This document shows, piece by piece, positions 1 through 13,215 of a stretch of DNA of 64,000 nt. A model generated the notes under the pieces. The model ran no database searches and was not told the origin of the DNA. It saw nothing but the letters and a program-made list of their open reading frames with translations. The DNA is from Octopus vulgaris (taxonomy: Eukaryota), in NCBI GenBank assembly GCA_951406725.2, contig OX597825.1:83886001-83950000 (forward strand), written 5' to 3'. A program made the position numbers and the translations under genes. How positions within the stretch are numbered: position 1 is the stretch's first letter; each line of letters begins with the position of its first letter.

Positions 1-39
1 TATATATATGTAGTATCAATCCAATCCGTCCGCGTCCTT

Positions 40-357
<318 letters not shown>

Positions 358-716
358 GTTAACATTCAGAATCTCGGAATTACTGCATCTTTGATCCCAC
401 AGAGCTAAGATGTAATCGGTTTATTTTGGATTAACAATGATTGGTTATGGATTGTATATTATCAACATTTAAGAATTGTGTGATTCAGTCAAGCGGAAAC
501 TTGTTAAAACCATATCGGTTGAGTGTGTTTGTATGTGGCTGTATTTGTTGACTGTGTATGCGTGTATATGTGTGTGCGCTGTAGGTAGGAAGAACATCCG
601 TCTGTTGCAAGTATGTGTGTGTGTGTGTGTCTGTGTCTGTGTACATATTTATGTATGATCTTCTGTGTGGGTGAAAGAGAGAGAGAGAGAGACAAAGCTC
701 CTGTTGTACATATGCT

Positions 717-810
<94 letters not shown>

Positions 811-902
811 CATATATATGAGGGAATATTAAAAACTTACAGGGAAAAATTCAATTTAGAAATACTAAATCAAATTTCACAAAATATAATATATATATAT
901 AT

Positions 903-946
<44 letters not shown>

Positions 947-955
947 TATATATAT

Positions 956-1051
<96 letters not shown>

Positions 1052-1083
1052 ATGAATTGATGAAAGGTGGTTTTTGTCTAATT

Positions 1084-1116
<33 letters not shown>

Positions 1117-1535
1117 ATCTATATATATATGATATAATGTATGTATTTATAATAATAATAACAATAATCCTTGGAAGGAATTTATAAACATGTAATGCAT
1201 CGCTACACGCGTTTCCACAGGTCACATGACTCTTAAAATCACAGTCCATATTCCTGGGATGCTTACAGCGTTGTCCGTAATAGCTGACTATACTGTAAGC
1301 CCGATTTTACTTTTCATCTTTTTGAGGTCGATAAGATATGTACGAGTCAAGTAATCGCCTTCCCCTTCCCCTCAAAAACTACTGGCCCTGTGCCAAAATT
1401 TGAAGCCGTTCTTTTATGGATCCTTGAAAAGTAGATATTTCTTCTTTGGGCAATCTATTTTAGAAGATTCCATGCAACATTTAAATTTAATAGAAAAGTG
1501 CAAAATCGGAAACGGAAAACTGTAATATATACATA

Positions 1536-1698
1536 GGCGTAGGAGTGGCTGTGTGGTAAGTAGCTTGCTTATCAACTACACGATTCCGGATTCAGTCCCA
1601 CTGCGTGGCATCTTGGGCAATTATCTTCTACTATAGACTCGGGCCGACCAAAGGCTTGTGAGTAAATTTGGTAGACAGAAATTGAAAGAAGCCCGTCG

Positions 1699-1767
<69 letters not shown>

Positions 1768-1957
1768 CTATGTTTGTCCCCTCAACATCGGTTGATAATC
1801 GATGCTTGTGCGTTTACATCGCCGTAACTTAGCGGTTCGGCAAAAGAGACCGATAGTATAAGTAATAGGCTTACAAAGAATAAGTACTAGGGTCGATTTG
1901 CTCGACTAAAGGTGGTGCTCCAGCATGGCCACAGTCAAATCACTGAAACAAGTAAAA
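1536..1957 (+). mobile_element. tRNA-derived SINE type A (internal (TA)(TG)n; resembles the octopus OK-type SINE), full length
   Basis: A-box-like TGGCTGTGTGGTAAG and B-box-like GGATTCAGTCC, internal TA/TG tract, tail GTCAAATCACTGAAACAAGTAAAA; homologous copies at 31463, 43359 and 55739. Confidence 0.9.
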
Positions 1958-2174
1958 TAATATATTTAAAATATCGCTCACACGTTGGACAATAGTACTA
2001 AATTTTAAGAAACCAACTGACACACTACATGGTCATATAAGCTGCTAAAAATTGTAACAAAACCTCCCCTAAAACAGACTTCCAGCTTTAAAAGAAAAGG
2101 CTATAATTCATTGGTGAATATAGTTCTAAACACGACTGGTATAAAGCTGGAGTACTTTTGGGTAGACAGACGAT

Positions 2175-2267
<93 letters not shown>

Positions 2268-2428
2268 GTGGGGGTGAATGTTATACCATGAAAAACTATT
2301 TTGAGTGAATCAATCCGCCATTTTACGGTATTTTCCCCGGGCAACTGGTTTAGGAAACAGTTATTTTACTGGATCAGACACACACTACACACACCACGCA
2401 CACAAAGGGATATATATGTATTTATATG

Positions 2429-2466
<38 letters not shown>

Positions 2467-3115
2467 TACATGCAGACTTCCATTATATGTACGTATGTGT
2501 TTTTGTATACGCATGTATATATGTACGGCTGCATGCAAAAATTATGATTCTCTCAATAAGAAGACTTTCACCGGAGTAAAAGACGTCTCTGCTTCCGAAA
2601 GAAACATTTACAATTCCTCAACAAAATAATCACCCATTTTTGTTGCGTGTTTCGTTACAATTTTTGTTATATGTGTTAATTCCAACAGAATCCATTATAA
2701 TAAACACCAAAATTCTCTGTGATTACTATCAGTCTTACAAATAAGAGAATTATATTTCCATTTTGTTATTTTTATTTCAACTAGTCACAAAACACACAAA
2801 ACACTCTGTTATTACGCTGTATCACCACAAAACCTAATTTGATACTGATAGAGTTAAAAGTCGAAAGTATTTATTTAATGTGATTTTTCTGTTGATAACT
2901 TTCTGTATTTTTCTTTCTTTAATTCGAGGTTTGAAGCAAAACTACTTCCTTATATCTAATTGAAAATTTCCCGTATTTAACGCAAGTCACTATCATTTTT
3001 TTTTCATGTATTTTTTATTTCTATTCTAATTTTTTCCTATTTTTTTTATATATTTTCATTCTATTTGATCTAATCTGATTTTTTCCTCTTTTTCAATACC
3101 TTAATAATAATAATA

Positions 3116-3168
<53 letters not shown>

Positions 3169-3189
3169 TATAATAATGATAATAATAAC

Positions 3190-3233
<44 letters not shown>

Positions 3234-3344
3234 TAATAATAACAACAACAACAACCACAAGGATAAAGACTTAATTACTTTTTCACATGACCAAATGATA
3301 ATATAGCGTGTATTCCATTTTAATGACCTACTTTTATTTATTCT

Positions 3345-3717
3345 TTTCTACTCCAGGCACAAGGCCTGAAATTTGTGGAGGGGAGGGGCAGTCGATTAGA
3401 TCGATCTCAGTACGCAACTGGTACTTAATTTATCGACCCCGAAAAGATGAAAGGCAAAGTCGTCCTCAGCGGAATTTGAACTCAGAACGTAGCGGCAGAC
3501 GAAATACTTATTTCTATTTCTTTACTACCCACAAGGGGCTAAACACAGAGAGGAGAAACAAGGACAGACAAAGGAATTAAGTCGATTACATCGACCCCAG
3601 TGCGTAACTAGTACTTATTTAATCGACCCCCGAAAGGATGAAAGGCAAAGTCGACCTCGGCGGAATTTGAACTCAGAACGTAGCGGCAGACGAAATACCG
3701 CCAAGCATTTCGCCCGG
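3345..3717 (-). mobile_element. SINE type B heterodimer (B1-tail unit joined to B2-tail unit)
   Basis: Two copies of GAAAG/AGATGAAAGGCAAAGTCG.CCTC.GCGGAATTTGAACTCAGAACG; junction at about 3508. Confidence 0.9.
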
Positions 3718-4188
3718 ATTAGTCCTGTGTTCCATTTCTAATCGTTAATATTCGTTAAATGTCTGGGAACTGCTTTTAGTTGAATTTTTCGTTTGTACTT
3801 TTCTATTTTGCCAAACAAATATTTGAATAATTTGCATGGAACAAATTAGAAAAGAAAATTAGTTATTGTTGCTTTATTTTATCGTCTGAATTTTTTTGTG
3901 CCGGAATATCAACCACATCATGTAGCCATCTTTAATTAAACCAGCAATGAAACCTCTACGTAGACGTTCGAGATACAAGAATTTGAAGCTAGATCACCCT
4001 CATTTCACAATCTATTGTCTTGAATTATTTCTATACTGTTCTCACAACCTCGGAGGCTTCGTAAACCAATAAACGAAGGTCAAAGAAGAGAATGATTCAA
4101 TGAAACAAAAAAACTGAATGGTGACAACTCTGGAGGCAATTTGTGGCGAAGAATGGTGATTGCATGCCAGGTCTTTGAATAGTTATGT

Positions 4189-4229
<41 letters not shown>

Positions 4230-4235
<6 letters not shown>

Positions 4236-4608
4236 GATTCAAATGTCGCCATACATAGGAATAATGTATATTTTTATAAGGAACAGTTCGTAAGAACAGT
4301 TTCATTTTATTATTTAACAGGCTCTATATGGCTACCATTGCTTTGAATACACATTGCAATGCGTTTATCCCACTCTTTGTGAACTCGTAATAGCACACCT
4401 GGTGATACGTGTGCAAAGGAGTTGGTGATGCGTTCCTTCAAATGATTTATGTTTTTTATCTTTCCGCGTTACACCATGCTTTTCAAATGCCCCCAAAGAT
4501 AGAAATCAAGAGGGGTCAGATCAGGGGATCTAGGGGATCTTGTAAACTGTTTCTTATAAAAAAAATTAATTAATTTTTCCTATGTATGGAGACTTTTGAA
4601 TCACGCTG
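4230..4608 (-). mobile_element. Internally deleted IS630-Tc1-mariner transposon with TIRs
   Basis: TIRs (T/C)AG(G/C)GTGATTCAAA.GTC.CCATACATAGGA at both ends, TA flanks; minus strand reads PRSPDLTPLDFYLWGHLKSMV*...HLKERIT...WDKRIAMCIQSNGSHIE, a typical ITm transposase C-terminus. Confidence 0.9.
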
Positions 4609-5179
4609 TATATATGTTTAATTCACACACGTTTATTTTTCTCTCTCCGTTTCTTTCCCCACTGTTAGCCTTCCTCAGTCCTTTCTCTCGCAGGTAAGAA
4701 ACGTCAAAGTTTCCTCAGGGTCAAACTATCATACCTTTTTTGTTGTCCCTTCACCTGTCTCTGTCTTTCGGGATTTTTTGCTATTTGTGCAACGTTAAAC
4801 TGCATGTGTGTATGTGTGTACGTATGTGTAAATATATTATCTGTATGTGTATTTAATTGCCGACAGCCCAACCATGCTTAACGAAGAGGACGGTTTTCGT
4901 TGGACACCCTGCAGAACAAAAACCAAAACCTGTTAAATAAACGTCTGACAGATTCAATAGAGTCAGCAGTTATCCAAAAGCCGGAAGTTCGCATTCCCTA
5001 GTTTTTGTTTAGACTTCTTTCTAAGAGAAGAAACTTCTGATGTAACATTCCTGCGACTACATTAGCATCCGATGATGTAGATTAGTTTGTTTTGATTTTT
5101 GTTTGTTCAGAGACTGGGATTGTCCCAGTGCAAAGGTTTTCCTCTCCTAAGAAGTTTCAGATACATGAATCACTCACCT

Positions 5180-5300
5180 TTATTTAATCGACCCCGAAAG
5201 GATGAAAGGCAAAGTCGACCTCGGCGGAATTTGAACTCAGAACGTAACGTCAGACGAAATACCGCTAAGCGTGCTAACATTTCTGCCAGCTCGCCGCCTA
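5180..5300 (-). mobile_element. SINE type B, 5' half
   Basis: Core plus head ending TTCTGCCAGCTCGCCGCC on the + strand. Confidence 0.85.
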
Positions 5301-6176
5301 AGGATGTTATATGATAATAACATTTGTATAAGAAGATAAACTAAATATTAAAACATAACTGGAAAGACAAAAAAATGAAAGAGAATAACAAATATCTAAC
5401 GCCTTACTGAGTCGGCCAATTCATGGCATTAAGGCAAAAGCAAGGGAAACTGTTTTAAAACATTTGGTCCACTCCATTCAGCAGGGAAATGTTGTTTATT
5501 TACAGCTACGCAGACTGAGCTTTAAAAGTGTTAAATGAATGAAGCGTGAATAACATGCAGAACCAGAACCTGTTGTAACAGAGATCGAACTCGCGAATAT
5601 CCAGTATGTGTTGCAATAGGACAGAAAATGAAAATGCTAAACGGATCTCGAATCCTTCGAGAGATAATCCTATCGTGAAATCCGTATGGCATGTTTCCAT
5701 GTTTGGTTCATGTTTTATCATGTTTCAATCATGGCTGATTCATGTGTGATCACGACAAGAACGGTGGAATATCTGAAATTCCTTTGTAAGAACCAAATAG
5801 TTTGTTGAATTTAATTTCGTCTCTTCTCGTTCTGATTTTATATTCCGTCCAGTTCAGCATTTCTTTTCAGACTTCCTGGGATCGATAAAGTAAATACGAA
5901 TCAAATGATTCGATCAATTTCATTGATTTATCGATGCTAGTTTTAAACTTTATGTTGCCGAATACCTGCAATTGTAGGGTTATATTTAGTGGGAGACGGT
6001 TAGTCGCTATCATCAACCCCAGTATTGGACTGGTACACTATTTTGTCGACCTCGGAGAGATGAAAGACAAAGTTGACCTGAGCGAGATTTGAACTCAGAG
6101 GGCAAAGAACTGGAGGAAATACCGTAGGTATATTTTAATTAACGTTCTGACATTACATCTGCACGGCGCCCAATAC

Positions 6177-6749
6177 TTATTTCTTTACTACCTACAAGGG
6201 GCTAAACACAGGGAGGACAAACAAGGACAGACAAACGGATTAAGTCAATTACATCGACCCCAGTGCGTAACTGGTACTTAATTTATCGACCCTGAAAAGA
6301 TGAAAGGCAAAGTCGACCTCGGCGGAATTTGAACTCAGAACATAGCGGCAGATGAAATACCTATTTCTTTACTACCCACATGGGGCTAAACATAGAGAGG
6401 ACAAACAAGGACAGAAAAACAGATTAAGTCGATTACATCGGCCCCTGTGCGTAACAGGTACTTAATTTATCGACCCTGAAAGGATGAAAGGCAAAGTCGA
6501 CCTCGGCGGAATTTGAACTCAGAACGTAGCGGCAGATGAAATACCTATTTCTTTACTACCCACATGGGGCTAAACATAGAGAGGACAAACAAGGACAGAA
6601 AAACGGATTAAGTCGATTACATCGGCCCCTGTGCGTAACAGGTACTTAATTTATCGACCCCGAAAGGATGAAAGGCAAAGTCGACCTTGGCGGAATTTGA
6701 ACGTAACGGCAGACGAAATACTACTAAGCATTTCGCCCGGCGTGCTATT
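6177..6749 (-). mobile_element. SINE type B trimer (about 183-bp units) flanked by one TSD
   Basis: Units start at about 6178, 6362 and 6545; TSD CGGCGCC(C/G)AATAC at 6164-6176 and 6750-6762; a degenerate older copy lies upstream (about 5985-6140). Confidence 0.9.
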
Positions 6750-8014
6750 CGGCGCCGAATACCAATATCAAATGTTAATATTAGCACAACGATACCCCAA
6801 AAGATATTTACCCATTGTGAATTCCATCTCTTTCAAAACTTTCTTGTGAAAGAATTCTATGTTTAAGGAAAGTCCACTTTAAATCCAATATTTGAGATAG
6901 TATCTGTCTCATTTGTAGAATTCCAGTCTTCGGCAGTTTTCTACTGATATCAGTTGGCAAGGTATAAAAGTTGTTTTATTTTAGTTGTTCGTTATTCTTT
7001 TCTAATTTCCCTTTATGCTAATAACTTTACGCCATTTTCTTGCAACAAATCATTCCAGAATGAGATAATTGCCAAACAACTTCTTTATCGGATTACGGAT
7101 AATACATCAATACTAAGACTCTATGTTCTGGATTGCAGTCTGCTTCGCTTTGTTCACCTTTACGAAGAATTTATATATCTTCAAAAGAAACAAACCAGTG
7201 TAAAGATTTCGTTTTGATTAATTCTAATAATATATTTCTAAAGTTACTTTATGTACACTCTATATACACTCGAACATCTTTATACACTTCTGTCTCTGTC
7301 GGTTTCCACAATAGCAAAACAAAAGAAATATGAAGCAAATTAATAAAAAATATTGAAAATACATTATGTGTTTCGCTAGTAAATCTATTTTCGTTTCGTT
7401 GCTTTCTTCTTCTTTATTTCTTTCAATGGTTTCAACCATTTTAGTTGTTCTTTCCTTTCTTTTTATTTCTTTTTATTTCTTTTTATTTCTTTTCTTTTCT
7501 TTTTTTTTACACTGGTTTGATTTACTCCACTTGAAAGCCATAAAAATTGGAGAGAGAACATTTTTCCAAGTTAGACCGTATTCAGAAAACTATCCATTAT
7601 ACGTAGCATTTCTTTTCTCTCACCTAAAAATACAGCGTGGAAGCGATGTAGGAACAACCAGCTCCATGCAAACATAACTGCATCGCTCCATAACTGCAGC
7701 CTCTCTTATGATCGATAATGTATAAGTTACAAGAAGTGTTGTTGACTCTCTTAATCTACTAAAATGAAATTCAATAGCGATAACCGATTTGGATCAATTA
7801 AATCACTATTGTAAATAGGTTGGAAATATAAAGATATCCCTCTATAGATGCTGGCTGAACTGTTCGCAGTTGCTGTACAATAACAACAACAACAACAACT
7901 GCAGATGAATTCGTAATAATTTATACTTATAACTTACATATATAAGTTGATCTCCCTCTGGTTCTCTTATCTTGAATTCTCGATTTATTTGAGGTGAAAA
8001 GTCACTTTAAATTA

Positions 8015-8051
8015 GCTATATATGTGTATGTATATATGTATATTTATATAC

Positions 8052-8139
<88 letters not shown>

Positions 8140-8141
8140 TT

Positions 8142-8172
<31 letters not shown>

Positions 8173-8445
8173 TATATATGTATATACATATATATATAAA
8201 TATATATATATATATAAATACGTATATAGATATACATATACGTACACATATATATATATATATATACGGACATATATATAAATATATATACATACATATA
8301 TTTGTATATGTATGCACATATATATGTATATGTATGTACATATATATTTGTATATGTATGTACATATATATGTATATGTATGTATATATATATTTATGTA
8401 TGTATGCACACGCAGACACACACATATATAGATATAGATATGTAG
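8015..8445. repeat. (TA)n / TA-TG low-complexity tract
   Basis: Directly visible. Confidence 0.95.
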
Positions 8446-8887
8446 AAATATAGCTAAGTCATCTTTTCTTTTTTTCTTCTTTTTTTGATAGGGCTGTCTG
8501 TTTTTTTTTTTGTTTTTGTTTTGTTTTTTGTCTATCTTTCCCATCGCGTTGTAAAATATAAATCCGTCTGGAAGAGTTGAATATATATTTCAGTGACTGA
8601 GAACTACAAAGCGAACAGCTTAATCAATGATATTCCCTCAAGATCACAATTTTGACGTGACGAGGCAAACGAAATGCTAGATTCATTGCAATTATATTAT
8701 TGATATTTGATTATCGATGATGTTTATCGCTTTGAACAATAATCGTTCTCTAAGATTTTTGCCAGTTTTCGTTGGTTTTTTCGGTGGCTTAGTTTTTTCT
8801 TTCATTTTTTTTCTTTTATTTTTTTTTAGCTGTTGTTGTTCTTCGTCGTTTGACACAGCTTTCCTAACCCTACACAATATATATATG

Positions 8888-8955
<68 letters not shown>

Positions 8956-9199
8956 AATCTATTAAAAGTCTAATGAAATGACACTCCTTCTCCATCCAGC
9001 GTTTCTAATTTTAATTTTCTTACTCCATCACGCTCCACTACCACCACCACCACCACCACTACCACCACCACCGTCACCACCAGCAACAACAACACCATTA
9101 CACTCAGCCATCACCATCGCCACCACCAGCATCCTCAAATCACCACCTTAGTTACCCCTCAGCTTTCCATTATTCACCGTTTCTTATCTCTAAAACCTA

Positions 9200-9490
9200 C
9201 TTCTTCTTCTTCATCTTCTTCTTCTTCTTCTTCTTCTTCTTCTTCTTCTTCTTCTTCTCCTCCGTCTTCTTCTTCTTCTTCTCCTTCTTTTTCTTCTCCT
9301 TCTTCTTCCCCTCCTCCTTCTTCTTCTTCTTCATCTTCTTCTTCTTCTCCTTCTTCTTCTTCTTCTTCTTCTTCTTCTTCTTCTTCTCCTTCTTCTTCTT
9401 CTTCTTCTCCTCCTCCTCCTCCTCCCTCCTCCCCCTTCTCATCTTCTCTTCCTCCCCTCTGTCTTTCCTCTTCTTACTCCTCTTTTTCTC
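9200..9490. repeat. (CTT)n polypyrimidine tract
   Basis: Directly visible; explains the poly-K ORF. Confidence 0.95.
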
Positions 9491-9590
9491 AACATTCGGT
9501 CGTAAGAAAACTTTGCATTCTGTTCCTTGCGTTTAAATTGTCTGAGTGGTTCAACTACAATAAAAAAAAACAATATAATAAAAACATAAT

Positions 9591-9830
9591 CAGGCGTGGC
9601 AGCGTTGTAAGGAATTTGCTTCCCGACGTGATGGTTCCGGTTTCATTCCCACTGTCTGACACATTAGGGAAGTGTTTTCTGTAGCCTGGGTCGACCAAAT
9701 CCTTGTGAGTGGATCTGATGGACGGAAACTGAAAGAAGACCGTCGTATATATGTATGTGGCTGAGGGGGGGGGGCTTCGTGCTTGTGTTTTCTCCACAAC
9801 CGCTTTACAGGAGGTGTTGGTGTGTTTACG
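9591..9830 (+). mobile_element. SINE type A, diverged and 3'-truncated
   Basis: CCTTGTGAGTGGATCTGATGGACGGAAACTGAAAGAAGACCGTCG matches the type A body. Confidence 0.8.
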
Positions 9831-10330
9831 TTATGATTTAAATATTTTTTTAAACATGTCAAACACTAAGGTAAAAAAAAAATGATAATATGGATGCAAA
9901 CTATACTTAGACATTTTAGTATTCGGTTTAATCAAGAATCGATTAGTTACTTGGTTAAGGGATTAAGCTATTACTAAACAAAAATAAAGAAGTGAAATAG
10001 AACCAATACGTGTGTGTATTATTGGCATAGCGACCCTCCCGAAATACAACAGAATATATTATGATATATCGTTGATTAAAGAAGGGATAATTCTAAAAAT
10101 GTTTCTTTTATATCTTTTTGGATAAGGATGCTGCTATATATGTTAGTTTGAAAACTAATTATTTATGCAACCGTTTTGGTATTAAGGGTTTTTGACTAAT
10201 TTTAACCTTAACCAGACGTCAACGAAATGCTATAATCTTTGCAGTGCGGATCTTGTCCTACGTCCTGTCCAAATTACCCATCCTTTGCCCTCCAAAGAAT
10301 CATTTCTTTTCATAAAAAAATATTAAATCA

Positions 10331-10492
10331 CAATTGCAGCGTGGAAGTTGTTTATAGGCCATTTAAAAACACAACACGGAATTTTGGCATCGATCAGGTC
10401 GCGGTCTCAAAGCGACGAAAATATTTTGACACATTAAATTCAAATTCTAACGGTTTTTGTGTTTTTAAATGGCTTATAAACACCTTCCACAA
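10331..10492. mobile_element. Fold-back repeat, same family as 40335-40638 (Penelope-like pLTR derivative)
   Basis: Inverted ends GTGGAAG.TGTTTATA.GCCATTTAAAAACACAA / TTGTGTTTTTAAATGGCTTATAAACACCTTCCAC; internal GGTCGCGGTCTCAAAGCGACGAAAATATTTTGAC. Confidence 0.75.
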
Positions 10493-10558
10493 AAATTAAA
10501 TACTTTTGGAATAAAGATAACTTTGTTATTGTTGATATTGTTATCATTATTGTTGATA

Positions 10559-10589
<31 letters not shown>

Positions 10590-10594
10590 AAAAG

Positions 10595-10790
10595 CAGTGA
10601 ACTGGCCGAAACGTTACTGTACGCCAGACAAAATGGTTCCATCTTTACGTTCAATTTCCGCCGAGGTTGACATTTCATCTTTTTGGGTCGATAAAAGAAG
10701 TACCAACTGATCACTGGAGTCAATTTAATCAACTAGCTCCCTCCTCCAAAATTTCAGGCCTTGTGCCTTTAGTAGAGAGGATCGTTATCC

Positions 10791-10845
<55 letters not shown>

Positions 10846-11080
10846 CATTATTATTATCATTGGCAAGCGGGCAGAATTGTTAGAACGCCGGGCGAAATGC
10901 CGCTAAGCATTTCGCCTGTCATTACGTTCTGAGTTCAAATTCTGCCGAGGTCGACTTTGCCTTTCATCCTCTCGAAGTCGATAAAACAAGTACCAGTTGA
11001 ATACTGGGGTCACAGCTTTTCTTTTGAGAAACACTGGCGTCCTACCAAAATTGATGGGCTTGTGCCAAAATTCGAAACCA
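10595..11080 (+). mobile_element. Two SINE type B (B2 tail) copies separated and flanked by (ATT)n
   Basis: Core CCGAGGT(C/T)GAC.TT..CTTTCATC at about 10660 and 10945. Confidence 0.8.
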
Positions 11081-11094
11081 TTATTATTATCATA

Positions 11095-11151
<57 letters not shown>

Positions 11152-11828
11152 CTTATTCTTCGAAGCAAAATTATTGAACTAAACAAAGCAAAACAACACA
11201 GAAGCTGCTGACCGCTTTTTTTTTTTTTCCATATTTTATTTTATTATTATCATTATTTTTTGCTATCCCTGTTTCTTGGTAAAATATATTACCGTCTGTC
11301 TATGGGTCATTTAACCAGAGAGATTTCTAAATTCTCTGGAATTCATTTCGTTTCAAATAAATATATTTTGCATCAATATTATTCGGTTGCTTACATTTCC
11401 AAATATTAACTGCATGGATATTGATACTTCTCTCCTCTCCTCTCAGCGCATTGTTTATTATACGACTGCAGTTCTTTCTTTGTTTGGTGTCTGTGCTTTA
11501 TTTATATCAGTGCTGTAGAATGGCTAGTTTGTCGCAGTATTGCAGAATATCGAGATCGGCTAGAATCAAATTCAGTATGGAAAGGGTAAAACACACATAC
11601 ATACATACATACATGCACACACATATATAAACATACATATATATATATATATATATTTAGCAGCAGTAGTATTACGGCTGCGTGTTTTTCTGTAAATACT
11701 GTTCGAATTAATGCTGAGTAATCAATCGGGATGGATAAATATCCGGTGGAGAAGGAGGGGTATTTTGTACAACTTTTATGAGAGAGTAAACATTCATACA
11801 TAATACATACATACATGCATCCATCCAT

Positions 11829-11888
<60 letters not shown>

Positions 11889-12183
11889 GTATATCATTTC
11901 TGGGTTTTTTTATTTATGCAATAGTTATGGGTTATATATTGGTATTATGTAATTCTTGCAGCGAGATATTTGGCTGATGTTGATTGGTGGAATAAAGATT
12001 ACAAGATACTCCTCTTCCTTTGTGCTTGATTTCAATTCTCGCTGAAGTTCGACTCCATCTCTCGTTCATTCTCTAAATATCATCCCTTTTCCGATTCAAT
12101 CAATAATAAACATTTTTTGTTTTTCTCTGTAAAGCTTTGCTTCATGGAATATACAAAGAATTTATTAATATTGTTTTTATGAA

Positions 12184-12400
12184 GGCGGCGAGCTGGCAGG
12201 ATTGTTAGCAGTTAACAAGCCGGACAAACTGCTTAGCGGCATTTCCGTCATTTCCGTTCTGAGTTTAAATTCCGCCGAGGTCGACTTTGCCTTTTATCTT
12301 TTCGGAACTGAATAAATACCAGTTATGCACTTGGGTCGATGTAATCGACTCGTCCCCTCTCCTCAAATTTCAGGCCTTGTGTCTTTAGAAGAAATGATTA
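12184..12400 (+). mobile_element. SINE type B (B2 tail)
   Basis: Head GGCGGCGAGCTGGCAG, core, tail CAAATTTCAGGCCTTGTG. Confidence 0.85.
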
Positions 12401-12419
12401 TTACATCTATCATACTCAG

Positions 12420-12725
12420 CTTGTTTAGGGGGTTTTCATTCATCTACCGTGTGCTCACTTCCCGTGAACTGAGGTTGTATGTTCTTTTCAAAAGTTTCAA
12501 TGTGCTCTGTCATCCATTTACTCCCATTTTTTCCAAGCCATTTCCAGTTTCTTTGCTCACTCTACCGACAGCACCAGCAACAATTGGAACAACATATACC
12601 TTTATCATTGACTTCAGCTCTTTTATTTCTCTTAAAAGCTTCATGTCTCGTCAGTTTTTCCGCCTCTTTCGATCATTCAGCTGTCCCTAGGGCAAGCAAT
12701 ATCAATGATCAAACACGATTTTTCG
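12420..12725 (-). mobile_element. R4/Dong-like non-LTR retrotransposon, degraded RLE endonuclease C-terminus
   Basis: Minus strand with frameshifts reads EKSCLIIDIACPRD...KVYVVPIVAGAVGRVSKE, matching the RLE-clade motif IIDIACP...VVPIVIGALG. Confidence 0.75.
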
Positions 12726-12801
12726 CAGCATGGCAGATACTGCATCACGGTCGATGCAATCTAATTTTGGAAATATAATTCTATGAAAAGAAATTGTTTA
12801 T

Positions 12802-13215
12802 GTTTATGTATTTGTTTTGCAAGATTATTGATGTGAAAACGTGTGTTGAAACAAATATTGTTATATTTGGAGATGGTCATCTTTTCCCAATTCTTTGCCA
12901 AATATACACAGACACTATTTATTTGATCTTCACTTTAGTTTTTATTCGTTTTATCTTTAGTATATTCGTCTGTCAAGGTTCTTTTGTTACACATTCTCTG
13001 ACCTTTCCAACGACGTTCCTAACAGCGTCTCATGCATCTCTTCTTGTTCTGACACATGAAACAGAAAGTTGTTGAAGAGGTCACAGAACGTGCGACCAAA
13101 GACAGACGAATAAGCTAAAAATATTGCGAATATAAATTAAAATGAAGATCAAATAAATGGTGCATGTGTTTAATTGACAAAGAATTGACAAAAGATGGCC
13201 ATCCCCAAATATAAC
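12802..13215. mobile_element. Fold-back Penelope-like pLTR repeat (family P1) with degenerate hammerhead motifs
   Basis: Arms at about 12860-13013 and 13069-13215 are reverse complements; homologous to 16882-17078, 25858-26035, 29692-29790 and 37765-37985. Confidence 0.75.

Noticed and set aside
3420-3500. Recurring small ORFs 'YLIYRPRKDERQSRPRRNLNSER'
   Set aside because: Antisense translation of the SINE B core, not a gene family
7639-7690. miRNA hairpin
   Set aside because: Stem is only about 12 bp with a long loop; no recognised mature miRNA
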